From IMG/VR virus record IMGVR_UViG_3300045988_097822, positions 1-39,003 of that record: DNA of 39,003 nucleotides; one strand, given 5' to 3'. Made by a program: the position numbers and the translations under genes. Positions 38,130 to 39,003 of this stretch are shown piece after piece. This stretch comes from a virus. The notes beneath the pieces were generated by a model, which worked only from the letters and a program-made list of their open reading frames with translations, was not told where the DNA came from and searched no databases. Position 1 is the stretch's first letter, and each line of letters begins with the position of its first letter.

Positions 38130-39003
38130 TCAGCCCTCCAATCTCCAATCATCGTTCCGCACCTGAAATGCGTCGCCCAGTTGTACGGTGTCCGGGAAAT
38201 TGTGCTGTGTGGTTTGGATGGCGTACTTGTCGATCTCGGTCGCGTAGTATCTGAGCAACCACGGCTGTACGCCCAGCTTGTCCAGCGCGATATGGCCGCA
38301 GCTCATGCCATCGTACATGGACAGCACTTCTACCGGCTCCTCCGTCAGTCCGGTAAAATGGCTCATAATGTGGGCAATCACGTCCACGGTCCAGCCGTTG
38401 CCCAGCATTTTATACGCTTGGGTGTCGCTGACGGGAAAGGCGTATGTGTCCGGCACGGTCTGGAGGCGTTTACATTCCGTCACGGTCAGCTTGCGAATGA
38501 TGTAAAATCCGTCTGCCAGTTTAATGGGGTATGTCTTTCCTTTGATGGTGATCCGCCCGCCGCGAACCTCGTAAACTGGGATTTCTTTTCCGCCTGCCGC
38601 CTTAATTACAAACTGCCCTTTCCCGTCCGGGATAACGGGCACGGCATACAGGCCGGTGGCCGCACCGTCGGCTCCGCCGCCGTTCGGCCTTGCCTGCAGG
38701 GAAACGCTCTTGCCGTCGGTGCTGTAAATGCGGCGGCTTTGGCTGGTGCCCAGTTCGCCGTCCTTGTTCGGCATGGCGCCGACGCGGACGGGGACGGCGA
38801 TCATATTGTCTTTTTCCACGGTTGACAGGCAATTTGTTTTGTTCGGATCCTCGTTTACCTCGAAACGCTGGATCCGCTCGATCTCCTCGTTGTAATCGTC
38901 GCGGTGCCCCTGCTCGTTGATCCTGCGCCCCACGACGCGCCCAGCCACAGGGACGGCATAAAGCCCGGTTTTTGCGCCCAGGCCGCCGCCATTCCCGCAG
39001 AGG
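38130..39003 (-). CDS. DNA (cytosine-5) methyltransferase, 3' part of the wrap-around ORF (TRD copy 2, motifs IX, X, then motifs I-III at the C-terminus)
   Basis: SQSRRIYSTDGKSVSLQARPNGGGADGAATGLYAVPV is TRD copy 2. IRKLTVTECKRLQTVPDTY is motif IX. MLGNGWTVDVIAHI is motif X. VLSMYDGMSCGHIAL is motif I (FxGxG-type). YYATEIDKYA is motif II. QLGDAF is motif III. The stop is at 38130-38132. Bases 38885-39003 duplicate 1-119. Confidence 0.85.
   Translation of the reverse strand, partial: LCGNGGGLGAKTGLYAVPVAGRVVGRRINEQGHRDDYNEEIERIQRFEVNEDPNKTNCLSTVEKDNMIAVPVRVGAMPNKDGELGTSQSRRIYSTDGKSVSLQARPNGGGADGAATGLYAVPVIPDGKGQFVIKAAGGKEIPVYEVRGGRITIKGKTYPIKLADGFYIIRKLTVTECKRLQTVPDTYAFPVSDTQAYKMLGNGWTVDVIAHIMSHFTGLTEEPVEVLSMYDGMSCGHIALDKLGVQPWLLRYYATEIDKYAIQTTQHNFPDTVQLGDAFQVRNDDWRLEG
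38885..39003. repeat. Terminal overlap, right copy (identical to 1-119)
   Basis: Same comparison as the left copy. The reading frame of the minus-strand ORF is preserved across the join (position 64 corresponds to 38948, both first codon bases). Confidence 0.97.

Larger units (their letters stand above)
1..38884. mobile_element. Complete temperate phage genome unit (podovirus-like; circular or terminally redundant)
   Basis: The window carries integrase, CI/Cro-like switch, antirepressor, recombination module, capsid/portal/terminase genes and a lysis cassette. It has no tape measure, tube or sheath genes. Bases 1-119 repeat at 38885-39003. Confidence 0.85.

Noticed and set aside
844-38130. 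Methyltransferase motif order explained by integration of the whole phage into a host dcm gene
   Set aside because: In the closed circle the ORF is continuous (IV...X-I-III), with a coupled start and a proper stop. Motifs I-III are not upstream of motif IV on any path around the circle. The putative attP lies elsewhere, next to int.

Overview
The window is one complete unit of a temperate, podovirus-like dsDNA phage. Bases 1-119 are identical to 38885-39003, so the sequence closes on itself and the unit is 38,884 bp. It is GC-rich by eye, uses strong GGAGG ribosome-binding sites, and has many ATGA/TGATG coupled gene junctions (Clostridia-like style; the host is an inference only).

Layout:
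- A long leftward early operon runs from about 6900 down through position 1, wraps to 38884 and continues down to 34009. It encodes a Cro-like HTH, an antirepressor, tiny TM peptides, Lar-like proteins, a PD-(D/E)XK exonuclease, an annealing protein, SSB, an origin-like gap, a G39P-like loader, RusA, a C5 methyltransferase, a Zn-ribbon paralogue array and small HTH regulators. It ends next to a terminator-bounded three-gene cassette.
- A rightward lysogeny block (7079-10085) carries a CI-like repressor, a membrane-anchored HTH, a low-GC membrane-protein moron and a tyrosine integrase with a putative attP.
- A leftward J-domain operon (10386-11797) is driven by a consensus promoter. An RHH + PD-(D/E)XK nuclease pair lies at 12017-12600.
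- A 1.6-kb ORF-free region (12601-14235) contains tRNA-Asn(GTT). It is flanked by G-run/iteron repeats on one side and by about 650 nt of hairpin-dense sequence on the other.
- A rightward late block (14236-33966) starts with an accessory unit that includes a DUF2829/Tad2-like gene. It continues with scaffold, major capsid, TerL, a T7 gp12-like nozzle, portal, a collagen-like fibre, holin, a two-domain endolysin, and 656-aa and 1615-aa virion/ejection proteins.

Most notable observations:
- The methyltransferase ORF that spans the circle junction has a permuted motif order (IV-VI-VIII-TRD-TRD-IX-X-I-II-III) with a duplicated target-recognition domain.
- The large structured non-coding region next to the tRNA is a ROOL/GOLLD-class candidate.
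- A 45-55 bp AT-core/G-run element occurs twice, about 10 kb apart.
- A face-to-face promoter switch carries four CGG-N4-CCGTA sites. Two stand-alone mini-ORFs copy the repressor C-terminal helix.
- The cassette at 34009-35314 is uncharacterised.

All calls rest on by-eye motif recognition. No searches were run.
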